From Squalus acanthias (Eukaryota), in NCBI GenBank assembly GCA_030390025.1, contig CM059432.1, positions 69,876,001 through 69,940,000 of the forward strand: a DNA stretch of 64,000 bases. The letters run 5' to 3'. Shown piece by piece: positions 50,083 through 62,844 of the stretch (the first letter of the stretch is position 1; every line of letters starts with the position of its first letter). The position numbers and the translations under genes are program-made. A model generated the notes under the pieces. It had not been told where the DNA came from and searched no databases. It saw only the letters and a program-made list of their open reading frames with translations.

Positions 50083-51867
50083 TCCTCCTGCAGTTGCCTC
50101 TAAGATACAAGTCCAAAAGCTTGGCAGTCTGCAGAAGAAGCAAGGCTTGTTGCAGACCTTAAATGCAGCAGTAAGGATGACGTCATCGGAGGCGACTTTC
50201 AGACTGGAATAACTCATTGGCCATGGATTCCCACACGTTGGAACTCAATTGGCCAATTAAGTTAAAATCGCATCATTCTCCCACATCGATCTAGATTCAG
50301 GTGGGCAACACGAAAAGCGGATAACACAACCCCAACCCGCCCTAGTATCAAAATCCAGCCCTCTATCTCTTTCGTCATCCAGGGAGTTCTGATTTTAGTT
50401 GCCCTACTTTTCCCCCTAGTGGAAATGTACCTCGACTGTACCCGAACTGTTTCCTCTTTAAAGGCAGCCCATTTTTCCACTACAGTTTTGCCTGCCAATC
50501 TTTGATTCCAATTTACCCGGGCCAGATCCGTTCTCATCCCACTGAAATTTGCCTTCAGCCAAATAAATATTTTTACTCTAGATTGCTCCCTGTCCTTTTC
50601 CATAGCTAATCTAAACCTTATGATAATATGATCACTGTTTCCTAAATGTTCACCTACTGACACTTGCTCCACTTGACCTACTTCATTCCCCAGAACCAGA
50701 TCCAGCAATGCCTCCTTCCTCATTGGACTGGAAACATAATGATCAAGAAAATTCTCTTGAACACACTTCAGAAATTCTTCCCAATCCCTGCCATTTACAC
50801 TATTACTATCCCAGTCTATGTTATGATAGTTGAAGTCCCCCATTATCACTATTCTATAGTTCTTGCATCTCTCTGTAATTTCCCTGCAAATTTGCTCCTC
50901 CATATTTTCCTACTAGTTGGTAGCCTATAGAATACACCTAGTAGTGTAATGGCACCTCTATTATTTCTTAACTCTAGCCATATAGATTCTGTCCTTGACC
51001 CCTCCAGGACATCCTCTCTCCAGCACTGTAACATTCTCCTTAACCAATACTGCCACACCACCTCATATCTTTCCTGAACACCCTATCTCCAGGAATATTT
51101 AATACCCAATCCTGCCCTTTTTTGAGCCAGGTCTCAGTTTCATCATTTTTTGCTGGTAACGGGTGGCGTTAAGCCCCTGAATTTTTAGCTGCTAGTTCCT
51201 TGGCCCAGACGGGACCCAGTGTATGCTGGTACACCCAGTGCGTTGAGGTGTACCAGCTTCCAGAAGGGTGTATGGGCCCTACCAGGGGATCCAGTTCAGG
51301 GAAATGGCCAGGACCCTTGAACAATAACAATTTAGTTTTTTAAAGTTGTAGTATTGGCCCCTTTTGTAATGTGGTTGACGGGGGCTGTGAATCATGTCTT
51401 TGTAGGGGGTGCTTCTGCCCCCATAGTAGGAAGCTACCCGAATTTCCAGAAGCATGGGGCAATCAGGCGCCCATAGTGCTGTGGGCATCCGTCAGCCCCA
51501 TGCAACTCAGATGCCCATCCACTGATCCCACATACACTGACAGTGTTAGCATTGGTGGGCACTGGCAGGCGCAATCTTGGTGTAACTGTCAGGATCACAC
51601 CTTGTATATTTTTGGGGCCTATATGATTAATTTCTTTTTGTTTTGCAACATTTACTAAAATTAAAGAATCAGAATCTTTTCAGGGAACCACAAACCATGC
51701 AAACAGTATCTAATAACTTCAACAAAAGTTTTATAACTCAGGGTTCCTATGTGCGCAGCCAGCTTTGATTGTCGTCAGTAGCACTAAAACCCACAACCAC
51801 CATATTGTGATGAAATATTTTTACTACTTCAGTGTTTCATTTTCTCAATTGATGTTAAATCTTGCAG

Positions 51868-52075
51868 ATTAACACATTGATAACTGAGGCAGTTGATGTA
51901 GGGCAGCTTCAGGCACTAACGATTCAAATGGAAAGAGGTTCTGATTCGTACCTGGAGAAGATTATTGTGAGGGAAGGAAAGTATGCAATGACAGAAGCTG
52001 TATTTATGGCTCGTGAATGGTTATATCACCCAGAAGATACAAACAATGTGTCAACATTAACCCTACCAATTACAG
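51868..52075 (+). CDS. PLAT-domain gene, exon H (INTLITEAVDVGQL...YLEKIIV...FMAREWL)
   Basis: TTGCAG acceptor, GTTAGT donor; phase 0/1; completes the PLAT domain begun in exon G. Confidence 0.87.
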
Positions 52076-52151
52076 GTTAGTGAATTCTTCAAACGTAATT
52101 GATTTTCTATTAGAGTTTAAATGCTGAAACACCTGTAAGTTTAATAATATT

Positions 52152-52890
52152 GGCCTAGAAATTTGTTTGCGTAGCGCCCCTTTTTCAGGCACTGAACAGC
52201 CTCCTATGCCTCCAATATGGTGAGCCATATACACATGCTCATTACGAACCAGAAGTGCACCGCCCGTCATATTAGTAAAGGCCAAAGAATTGGCATGCAG
52301 TGCCCGTGCCTGAAACAGGCATTATGCTCTGTTTGATGCCCCCTCCACAAGATTGGTTTGCCCTGAGGCAGCTGGCACCGGCTGCACTCAGGTAAACCAG
52401 ACCTCCATGTGGCCTAACATGTGGTCGTTAAAGACCACAACCAACAAGGTAAGTTTTTAAATATACTTACCTGAATGTGGAGCCAGGAGGAACCCACATT
52501 CAAAGCACATGGACCCCCCTCCAGATCGGCACCGATTCCAACACACACACCTGCCCCCCCGCCCCACCCCCAACCCACCCACCCCCGGATTGGCACTGAA
52601 CTTCCATCCGCCCATTGCCGCTACCTTCCCCCACTCCCCCCCACCCCGCCCCCCACCACCCCGGCCACTTCCACCTCCTGAACTGATTGCCCACCCCCAT
52701 TCCTGGTTGACCCCCTTCCTGACTTACCCGAAGGCCGCTGGACACCAGCAGCGGCCCGATCTCCCATCATGCTTCGCCAGCGAGTTGCCTGTTGCTCTCC
52801 GTGGCTCACCAGCTCCATAGAAATGAGGCCCCAGGCTCAACATTGTGGGCGCCTCAGGCCTCACCATTCAGGTGCAAGGATTGATCCCTG
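52152..52890. mobile_element. Harbinger-type MITE (12645 family), right TIR missing
   Basis: Starts GGCCTAGAAATT; reverse-complement similarity to 12645-13426. Confidence 0.7.
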
Positions 52891-53136
52891 AAGTTGACTA
52901 ACCAGTTATAACTAGTGTGTTTCTGAAGCTATATATTAGAGAGATATCTACAAAAGCACAAAGAACTGGGTGAATCGCTGAACTGAATTAGTTGCGGAGG
53001 ATGAAGGAGGTAATTTAAACCACAGGGCAACAGTAAATAAGTAAATATAAATAATCAGAGTAATTAATTAGATCCAAGAGAGAAAACTAAAACTATAACT
53101 TAACGGACATATATATCTATATGACATAAGTAGATT

Positions 53137-54025
53137 GGGGGAAAAATTCAGTTGGTTGCGCCTCCCGTTAGCGCCTTAAGAGGGCGCTAATGGGGCGCAA
53201 AGCAACTAGCGCCCGAGCGCGGCGATGTTTGCGCCGCTTGCGAAATTAACTAGACAGTTTGCGGCAGCGCTAAACACTACCGCCACAATCTCCTGCGCCA
53301 GCAGATCGTGACGTCAGTCGAGTGCGCAACACCCCGGTAGCGCCCCGGAGCGGATATTGAGTGGCGCCCCCTGCCTTACCGCCTGCCGCTAACAACGACA
53401 GGTTGAGGGGAGCGTTTTGCAGTCAGGAAGGGACTGGGGAAGCGCTATTTAAAGGCGACCGCTTCCTGCCTTTTTTTGTTGGTGACATTTTTGAACCACG
53501 CATTCTGAGAGAGAGAGAGAGAGAGACTTCTGGAGAGATTAAACGCTGTGTGAAGGAGTTTTGGGTACTGAGCAGCACTTTGCAGTTTCATTTTGATTTG
53601 CCCTTCCTTGTATCGATTTAGAAGAGACTGTGGGGGTTGCACTCTGAGCTCTTTCCCTGGTTCTCTCCATTGTTCTTTCCAGCAGATTTGATGTACAGGT
53701 CTCTCCAGGCCGAGATTCAAGGCTGCAATGAGCAGGATGTGGATGGAAAGCAAGATCAACCATCCCCTTTAAGAACTGGCCGGCGCCATTGTGTTCCATT
53801 GCTGACTGACATCACATGAGCTTCGCCAGTGCTCTGAGTTAGCGCCTCGCTCCTCGGCCTTTGCGCCTTAAGACAGGTGTGAAGCACCTGATTTAGCGCT
53901 CCAATCACCTCCAGGGGCGATAAAAGTCAAGTTTGCAGTCGGAGGCGATAATTAGCGCCAGGCGCTAATCTTTGCGCCTGGCCGATAATTGCGCCCCAAA
54001 CGGGGCGATACTGAATTTTTCCCCC
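53137..54025. mobile_element. Harbinger-type MITE, sister of 25502-26373
   Basis: High identity to 25502-26373 throughout; perfect TIR GGGGGAAAAATTCAGT; flanks ATT / ATA. Confidence 0.92.
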
Positions 54026-54035
54026 ATAGACTTTT

Positions 54036-55562
54036 AAGAACATAAGAAATAAGAGTAGGAGTAGGCCATATGGCCCTTCGAGCCTTCTCTGTCATTCAGT
54101 AAGATCATGGCTGATCTTCGACCTCAACTCCACTTTCCCGCCCAATCCCCATATCCTAGAGGCCAAAAGTCTATCTATCACAGCTTTGAATATACTCAAC
54201 GACTCAGCATCCACAGCCCTTTAGGGCAGAGAATTCCAAAGATTCACAACCCTCTGAGTGAAGAAATTCCTCCTCATCTTTGTCTTTAATGGCCGACCCC
54301 TTATCCTGAGACTATACCCCCTAGTTCTAGACTCTCCAGCCAGGGGAAACAACCTCTCAGCATCGACCCTGTCAATCCCTCTCAATATCTTATATGTTTC
54401 AATGAGAACACCTCTCATTCTTCTAAACTCCAGAGAGTATAGGCCCAATCTACTCAATCTCTCCTCATAGTACAACCCTCTCATCCCAGAAATCAGTCTA
54501 GTGAACCTTCATTGCACCACCTCTAAGGCAAGTATATCCTTCCTCAGATAAGGAGACTAAAACTGTGCACAGTACCCCAGGTGTGGTCTCACTGTACAGT
54601 TGTAGTAAGACTTCCTTACTCTTATACTCCAACCCCCTTGCAATAAAGGCCAACATGCCTTTTGCTTTCCTCATTGCTTGCTGTACCTGCATGCTAACTT
54701 TCTGTGTTTCCTGTATGAGGACACCTAAATCTCTCTGAACACTAACATTTAATAGTTTCTCACCATTTTAAAAAATTCTGTTTTCCTATTCTTCATACGA
54801 AAGTGAATAACCTCATATTTCCTCACATTATACTCCATCTGCCACCTTATTGCCCACTCACTTAACCTGTCTATATCCCTTTGCAGGCTCTTTGTGTCCT
54901 CCTCACAGCTTACTTTCCCACCTAGCTTTGTATCATCAGCAAACTTGGATACATATTGCACTCGGTCCCTTCATCTAAGTCATTAATATAAATTATAAAT
55001 AGCTGAGGCCCAAGCACTGATCCTTGCGGCACCCCACTAGTTACAGCCTGCCAATCTGAAAATGACCCGTTTATCCCTACTCTGTTTTCTTTCCATTAAC
55101 CAATCCTCTAACCATGCTAATATATTACCCCCAACCCCATGAGCTGTATTTTGCATAGCAATCTTTTATGTGGCACCTTATCAAATTCCTTTTGGAAATC
55201 CAAATATACTACATCCACTGGTTTCCCTTTATCTATCCTGCTAGTTACATCCTCAAAAACGCTAATAAATTTGTTAAACACGATTTCCCTTTCATAAAAC
55301 CATGTTGACTCTGCCTAATCATATTATGATTTTCTAAGTGCCCCGTTACCACTTCCTTAATAATGGATTCCAGCATTTCCCCGATGACTGATGTCAGGCT
55401 AACTGGCCTGTAGTTCCCTGTTTTCTCTCTCCCTCCTTTCTTGAATAGCAGGGTTACATTTGCTACCTTCCAATCTGCTGGGACCGTTCTAGAATCTAGG
55501 GAATTTTGGAAGATCACAAACAATGCATCCACTATATCTGCAGCCACCTCTTTTAGAACCCC
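54036..55562 (-). mobile_element. 5'-truncated CR1 (RT and 3' end), decayed
   Basis: GNYRPVSLTS, FADDTKL and FFTQRVVNLWNSLP; (TCTTATGT)-type tail. Confidence 0.9.
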
Positions 55563-55574
55563 TTTAAGTAAAAT

Positions 55575-57783
55575 GATGGGACATCTGAGACCCATTGCAT
55601 GCAATTCTTGTGCCATGTGGGAACTCCAGGACACTCCATGTGTCCTGGATAACTATTTGTGCAGGAAGTGCCTCTAGCTGCTGGAACTCAAGCTCAGGGT
55701 TTCTGAGTTTGAGGAACGGTTGGAATCACTGTAAGGCATACAGGTTTTTTCAGGAGGAAGGGGAACAGCCAGAAGTCATGGTCCATGTTGGAACCAATGA
55801 CATAGGGTTGAGGTCCAACAAGCAGAGTTTCAGGAGCTAGGGTGGAATTTAAAGAGCAGGACCTCAAAGTTGGTAATCTCTGGATTACTGTCAGTGCCAC
55901 GTGCTAATGAGTATAGGAGCAGTAAGATAAGACATGTTAATTCGTGGCTGGAGAAGTGATGCAGGCAAGAAGGCTTCATATTCCTGGGGCACTGGGACCA
56001 GTTCTGGGACAGGAGGGATCTGTACAAGATGGACAGCTTGCACCCCAACAGGGCTCGGACCAGTGTTCTGGCAGTGAGGTTATCTCGTGCTGTGGGGGAT
56101 GATTTAAACTAATTTGGCTGGGGAAGGGGCACAAGGATAAAGCATTAGAGAGGAGATACAAGGTGCACAGAGGACTGGGGGTGACAAACACCATTAAAAT
56201 AAAGAGTAGTTCAGAAATAAGAGGGATCAGACAGGGGGGAAATGTGAGACAGGCTAGGATGGGTTAGGAGTGCATGTGCATAAAGGCAGAGACCGTGGTA
56301 AATAAGGTTGGTGAGCTGCAGGCATAAGTAGCCATATAGTTAACATGAGGAGGATAGTAACAGACTTCAGTAGGACATAGGCAGACTGGTAAAATGGGCA
56401 GACACATGGCAGATGAAATTTAATGTAGAGAAGTGTAATGTAATACATTTTGGAAGGAAGAATGTGGAGAGGCAATATGAACAAAATGGTACAATTTTAA
56501 AGGGGGTGCATGAAATGAGGGACCTGGGGTGTCTGTACACAAATCTTTGAATATGCAGGGCAAGTTGAGAAGGCTGTTAAAAAAGTACATGGGATCCTTG
56601 GTTTTATTAATAGAGGAATAGAGTACAAAAGCAAGGATATTATGCTAAAACATGATAAAACACTGGTTAGGCCTCAGCTAGAGTATTGTGTTCAATTCTG
56701 GGCACCACACTTTAGGAAGGATGTCAAGGCCTTGGAGAGGGTGCAGAAGAGATTTACTAGAATGGTACCAGGGATGAGGGACTTCAGTTATGTGGATAGA
56801 CTGGAGAAGCTGGGGTTGTTCTCCTTAGAGCAGAAAAGATTAAGAGGATATTTGATAAAGGTGTTCAAAATCATGAATAGTTTTGATGGAGTAAATAAGG
56901 AGAAACTGTTTCCAGTGGCAGAAGGGTCAGTAACCAGAGGACACAGATTTAAAGTTATTGGCAAAAGAACCAGAGGACATGAGGAAACATTTCTTTACAC
57001 AGCAAGTTGTTGTGATCTGGAATGCATTGCCTGAAAGGGTGGTGGAGGCAGATTCAATAATAACATTCAAAAGAGAATTGGATAAATACTTGAAGGGGAA
57101 AAAAATTACATGGCTATGGGGAAAGAGCAGGGGAGTGGGATTAATGCAATAGCTCTACCAAAGAGCCAGCACAGGCATGATGGGATGAATGGCCTCCTTC
57201 TATGCTGTCTCATTCTATGATTCTATGAGATTATGATATAGTGGCAATAACAGAGACCTAGCTCAAACAAGGGGAGGAATGGGCAAAATATTCCTGGCTA
57301 CAATATATTCAGGAAAGATAGGGAAGGAAAAAAAGGAGGGGGAGTGGTAGCATTGATCAAAGATACTGTTACAGTACTAGAAAAGGATGATGTACTTGAG
57401 GATTCAAAGACAGAATCTATTTGTTTAGAATTAAGGAACAATAGCTGGGTGTATACTATAGGCCACCAAATAATTGGAAGGAGATAGAGGAGCAAATTTG
57501 TAGGCAAATTGCAGAAAGTTGCAAAATCTAATGAGGGACTTCAATTATCCTAATATAGACTGGGAAAATAACAGTATGAAGGGCAAAGAGGGGGAGGAAT
57601 TCCTGAAATGTGTACAGGGAAACTGTCTTGATCAGTATGTTTTCAGCCCAACAAGGAAGCAAGCAGTAATGGATCTGGTTCTGGGGAATAAAGTGGGACA
57701 AATGGATCATGTTTCAGTAGGGGAGCATTTGGGAAACAGTGATTACACAGGTTTAGAGTAGTTATGGAAAAGGACAAGGAAAG
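55575..57783 (+). mobile_element. Decayed CR1 5' half (ORF1 and APE) with a nested CR1 3' fragment at about 56345-57227
   Basis: CNSCAMWE..CRKC, VGTND, the ORF1 end DDLN* at 56098-56112 and the APE start; APE resumes (DYDIVAITET) after the ATTCTATG tail at 57228. Confidence 0.85.
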
Positions 57784-58324
57784 ATTGGCAGGTAAAACAG
57801 ATGTTCCGCCCCAAATAGGCCCTGGCAAACAGGCAGTGAAGGCTGTGGCCCATTGTATCCGGGTCTCAACCTATTTCCCAGCCTTTCCACCACACTCCTG
57901 TCCGACTTATGGCAGGAGTGCATCAGAAGCCCCCGAGACCTTTGGGGGGAGATGCCACTGTTGTTGTTATAACTCATGAAATCACTGAGGCAAAGATTTC
58001 CACTGTGTGCTAGCTGTAGCGCATTGTAAATATGTTATGATTTTGATGCACTTAGCACACAGAGTAAATCTTCCTCCACCATCAGTAAATTCATATTGCA
58101 GAGCCTGTGAAACAAAACTGATTATGAAATTATTCAGAAAACAAACTTAACCAAAAAATATTCTCAATTAATTTAGAACTTCAGCTAAGCAGAGATTACC
58201 AAGAACTTCCATCCTGGCAACAGCTTAAATCAGGTACATTGATGGCCAATGCAAATCTTTTACTGTTTTTGTAAAATTAAAGTGACATGGCAATCCTTGA
58301 TATTGGATGTTTCTCTTGATCCAG

Positions 58325-58482
58325 GTGGCAAATGGAAAATCTATCTGTCAAATCTCAATGACACGGCAAAATCAGTGAATAGAATTGATTTGGAAATGGT
58401 AATATATGGAACAATGAAAAAATCTAATCCTATTCCTTTGGCGACTGAACTATCTCGTTTTGTGGACTTTGTGACATTTGAG
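58325..58482 (+). CDS. PLAT-domain gene, exon I (GKWKIYL...MVIYGTMKKSNPIPL...TFE)
   Basis: TCCAG acceptor, GTAAGT donor; phase 1/0; diverged PLAT N-terminal half. Confidence 0.78.
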
Positions 58483-59379
58483 GTAAGTCATTAATGCATA
58501 CACTGCAGAATGGTATCTGTTTTTGTAATGTTAGTAAGCCCACTGGTAAACTGGAGTAGTGTAAGGACTGGATGAAGTATGTCCTTATTTGCATATGGTA
58601 TTTGTTTCTTTGAAGTAACTGTCATTTTGGCTCAGCTGCTAGCATTCTTTTCTCTGAGTTGTGCAGCAGGACTTGAACATATACAACAACAACATTATGC
58701 ATTTATATAGCACCTTTAACGTAATAAAATATCCCAAAGGCGCCTCACAGAAAATATATAAAAGCATTAATTCCGCGTTCCCAGTGGAGAGCCACCCTGA
58801 AAGGGAGTGCAAGTCAGAGATAGAGTTACAACACTGTACTGCAAATTCTCCTACCCATACCTCCTTCAACCATGGCTCCCTACTGGGAATGTACGAGCTG
58901 TGCATTTAGTCTATAATCTAGGCTGATACTTCAGTGTAGTGCTGTCCCATCTGCATGATTTGGTGATTCTAATGGATAGTAAAGATCCCACACCACAATG
59001 TGAAGAAGAGCATAGAGTTCCCCTGATGTTCTGACCAATATTTTTCCCTCAGCCAAACAACCAAAAAAATGAATGAGCCATTCATCTCATTGATGTTCGT
59101 GAGACTGTTGTGAAAATCGCTGCTGGGTTTGGCTGCATAATAGTAGCTGCTTTTCAAAGCATTTCATTGAAGTCAAGTGCTTTGGCTGCTTCTGAGACAT
59201 GATAAGGCACATATAATTGCAAGTTCTTTCTTTAATTGATTGAATAATTATTGCAGGTTGGCAGAATCTCCATAAAGCAGTTCAGCTGTCTTTGCTCTTT
59301 CTTAGGAATTTGGGGATAAAATAACAAAAATGGTTAGTGTAATACAGTAATTTTATGAAAGCCCCCAAAAACTCAAGAA

Positions 59380-62100
59380 CTAACAACAACAACTTACATT
59401 TATATAGTGCCTTTAATGTAGAACAAAGTCCCAAAGCACTTCACAGAGGCGTAATGAAAAAAATGGACACCAAGCTAATTTAAATTAGGAGGGAGAGGTG
59501 GGCTTTAAGCAGGGTATTAAAGGAAGAGAGGAAGGTGGAAAAGCAGAGGATTCTAGGAAGGGAATTTCAGAAATGGTGCCTAGTTAGCTGAAGGCATAGC
59601 CACCAATCATGGGGCAAATGGAGTGGGGGGGGGGGGAGCCACAAGAGGCAGAGGAAGAGAGTTTAGGGAATTGTGGGGCTGGATGAGATTGCAACAACAG
59701 ATTACATCTATAAAGTACCTTTTAATGTAGAAAAACATCCCACGGTACTTCAGAGAAGCAAAAATTGACACTGAGACAAAGGAGATATTAGGAGGGGTGA
59801 CTAACAGCTTGGTCAATGTGGTACGTTTTAAGGAGGGTCTTAAAGGAGGAGAGAGAGGTGAAGAGGCAGTGAGGTTTAGGGAGGGAATTCCAGTGGCTGA
59901 AGGCAAAACCACTAATGGTGAGGCAAAGGTTGTGTGGGATGCACAAGAGGCCAGAGTTGGAGGAATGCGGAATTATTAGAGGGGTGTAGGGCTGTAGGAG
60001 TTACAGAGATAGGGAGGGGCAAGGCCATGAAAGGATTTGAACATGAGGATAACAATTTTAAATTGTAGACATTGGGCGGACCAGGAGCCTATGTAGGTCA
60101 GTGAGCACAGAGGTGATGGTTGAGCAGAATTTCATACAGGTTAAGAAACGGGCAGCAGTGTTTTAGATGAGGTGAAGATTATGGAGGGTGGAGCATGAGA
60201 GGCTATCCAGAACAGCATTGGCACAGTTGAATCTGGAGTTGGCAAAGGCATGGATGATGGTTTCAGCAGCACATGGGCTGAGGCAGGGCTGGAGACGGGC
60301 AATGTTATGAAGGTGGAAATAGACAGGCTTGATAACGGAGAGGATACAGGGTTGAAAGCTCAGCTCACATTTGAATAGGATGCCGAGGGGCAAACAAACT
60401 GCTTCAACCTGAGGCAGTGGCCAGGGAGAAGGATGGAATTAGAGGTGAGGGAACGGATTTGTGGGAGGACCAAAGATGATGACTTCAGTCTTCCTAATAT
60501 TTAACTGAGGAAATTATGGCTCATCCAGAACTGGATGCCGGACAAGCAGGTTGACAACATAGAGGCAGTGGAGAAGTCAAGAAAGGTGATAGAAAGATAG
60601 CATATATACTGCACTTGTCTTTGGATGATGAGAACAAGAGGCAGCATGTAGATGAGGAATAGGAGAGGGCCAAGGATAGATCCTTGGGGGGACCACGCAG
60701 GTAATGGTGCAGGAGCGGGAAGAGAAGCCATTGCTCTGGCTACAATTGGTTTCACTCTTACTGACCCAATCAAGGGCAGACCCACTCAGCTGGCAATGGA
60801 GGAGGATGGTGTGGTCAACAATGTCAAAGGCTAAAGACAGGTCGAGAAGGATGAAGAGGGATAGTGCACCATGGTCACAGTCACAGAGAATGCAATTGGT
60901 GACTTTGATTAGAGCCATTTCAGTGCTCTGTCAGAGGTGGAAATGGAGATAGGGAGGTGTAAAACCATGAAGGAATTTAAACATGTATGACAATTTTAAA
61001 TTGGAGGCACTGGGGAATGGAAGCGAGTATTATCATTGAGAACAAGCGTGATGAGTGACTGGGTCTTGCTGTGGGTTGGGATACAGGCAGCAGAGTTTTA
61101 GATGAGCTGGAGCTTGCAGAGGGTGGAGGATGGAAGACCATAGAAACATAGAAGATAGGAACAGGAGCAGGCCATTCAGCCCCTCGAGCCTGCTCCGCCA
61201 TTCAATGAGATCATGGCTGATCATCCAAATTCAGTACCCTGTCCTTGCCTTCTCCCCATATCCCTTGATCCCTTTAGCCTTAAGAAATATATCTAACTCC
61301 TTCTTGAATATATTTAATAAATTGGCCTCAACTGCCTTCTGTGGTAGAGAATTCCACAGGTTCACCACTCTCTGGGTGAAGAAATTCCTCCTCATCTCAG
61401 TCCTAAATGGCTTACCCCTTATCCTTAGACTGTGACCCCTGGTTCTGGACTCCCCCGCCATCGGGAACATCCTTCCTGCATCTAGTCTGTCTAGTCCTGT
61501 TAGAATTTTATAAGTTTCAATGAGATCCCCTCTCATTCTTCTAAACTCCAGCGAGTATAAGCCCAATCGACCCAATCTCTCTTCAAACGTCATTCCTGCC
61601 ATCCCAGGTATCAGTCTGGTGAATCTTCGCTGCACTCCCTCCATGGCAAGAACATCCTTCCTCAGATAAGGCGACCAAAACTGCACACAATACTCAAGAT
61701 GTGGTCTCACCAAGGCCCTGTATAACTGCAGCAAGACATCCTTGTTCCTGTACTCGAACCCTTTCGCTACGAAGGCCAACATACCATTTGCCTTCTTAAC
61801 CGCCTGCTGCACCTGCATGCACCAGTCAGGAAAGCACTGGAATAGTTGAATCTTGAAGTGACAAAGTCATGGATAAGGGTATGAGCAACAGATGGACTGT
61901 GGTAGGGGCGGAGGTAGATGATTTTACGGAGGTGCATGTAGGCGGTCTTTGTGATGGAGAGAATATGAGGTCAGAAGCTAAGCCTAAGGTTGAATAGAAG
62001 GCCGAGGTTGAAAACAGTCCGGTTCAACTTAAGACACTGACTGGAGAGGGGCATAGAATCATTGGCAAGAGTATGGTGCTCGTGGCGGGGCCAAAGACAA
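59380..62100 (-). mobile_element. Several nested, decayed L2-type LINE fragments
   Basis: ALIKVTN..LLDLS.AFD.VDH.ILL, PQGSILGPLLFLIYMLPL and YFHLHNIARL; (AAC)n tails at about 59380 and 59693. Confidence 0.8.
61140..61820 (-). mobile_element. Young 5'-truncated CR1 of the 2197 subfamily, inserted in L2
   Basis: Open 195-aa frame very similar to 2291-2878; ACCA on both flanks. Confidence 0.92.
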
Positions 62101-62844
62101 TGGCCGGAATTTTCCTTACCTTGGCGGGTCCGGTGCGGCCGGTGTCCATGGCGGGTCCTGACCCTGCTGCTGGCTCCAATTCGCTGCAGAAAATGAACTT
62201 ATCTTAATGGGGCCTATTAAGCCCGCCCAGCGTGTTACCCGGCCCAATGAGATGAAGCGGGTATGGTGACCTCATTCATGACGTGTTTTAAGCTGGGATC
62301 CTTAAAGGGACCATGGCCCCATTAAATTTTAAATTTAATCTAACATAATGAGTGTTGAATCTTTACTCTACAATAATATAATAAAAGTTCTATATGAGTG
62401 ACAAAGAAATATTTAAATAATATTATCATTAAGTAATATGATGCCATCTATAAATACGATCAAGAACATAATTTAAAAAGTACATTAATTGGGAAGTTAT
62501 TGGTGCTTTAGTCACAAATCTATAGACGTTTGTATCAGTAACTGGTACCAATAAAAGATATGTATGTATAGGTAATACATGAAATTAAGCAGATTTTAAA
62601 TGTAATTGTAAAGGGGTGGATTTACAATTTTATGCAAGTTCAGCAGAAGAGCTGTGGAATCCCTGACAAACAGTGTGCTTACAATGTGTTGCTGGGATTT
62701 CTGCAGCTCTTCCGTTGAAATTAACACTGGACAAGTGAGAGAACCTCCACAGAAATTCACCCTAAAGTCTCAGACTGAAAAATTAAATGAGTCATATTCA
62801 GGGATTGAAAGCAAATTGAACCAGTGGAATGAGTGATGAGAATG

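Larger units (their letters stand above)
46074..50361. mobile_element. Full-length 4.3-kb PIF/Harbinger transposon with a TCT TSD
   Basis: Perfect 12-bp TIR GGGCTGGATTTT. TCT at 46071-46073 and 50362-50364. Two convergent genes. Confidence 0.96.
42560..51135 (-). mobile_element. CR1 ORF2 and 3' end, fragmented by three Harbinger-family insertions
   Basis: Colinear pieces 42560-43096, 43801-44602, 45425-46073 and 50362-51135 run from RT (FADD) back to APE. Confidence 0.9.

Noticed and set aside
55245..55700. Twin-priming inversion or chimeric ORF at the CR1/CR1 junction
   Set aside because: The pieces differ in decay and the + copy has its own downstream parts; independent adjacent insertions explain it.
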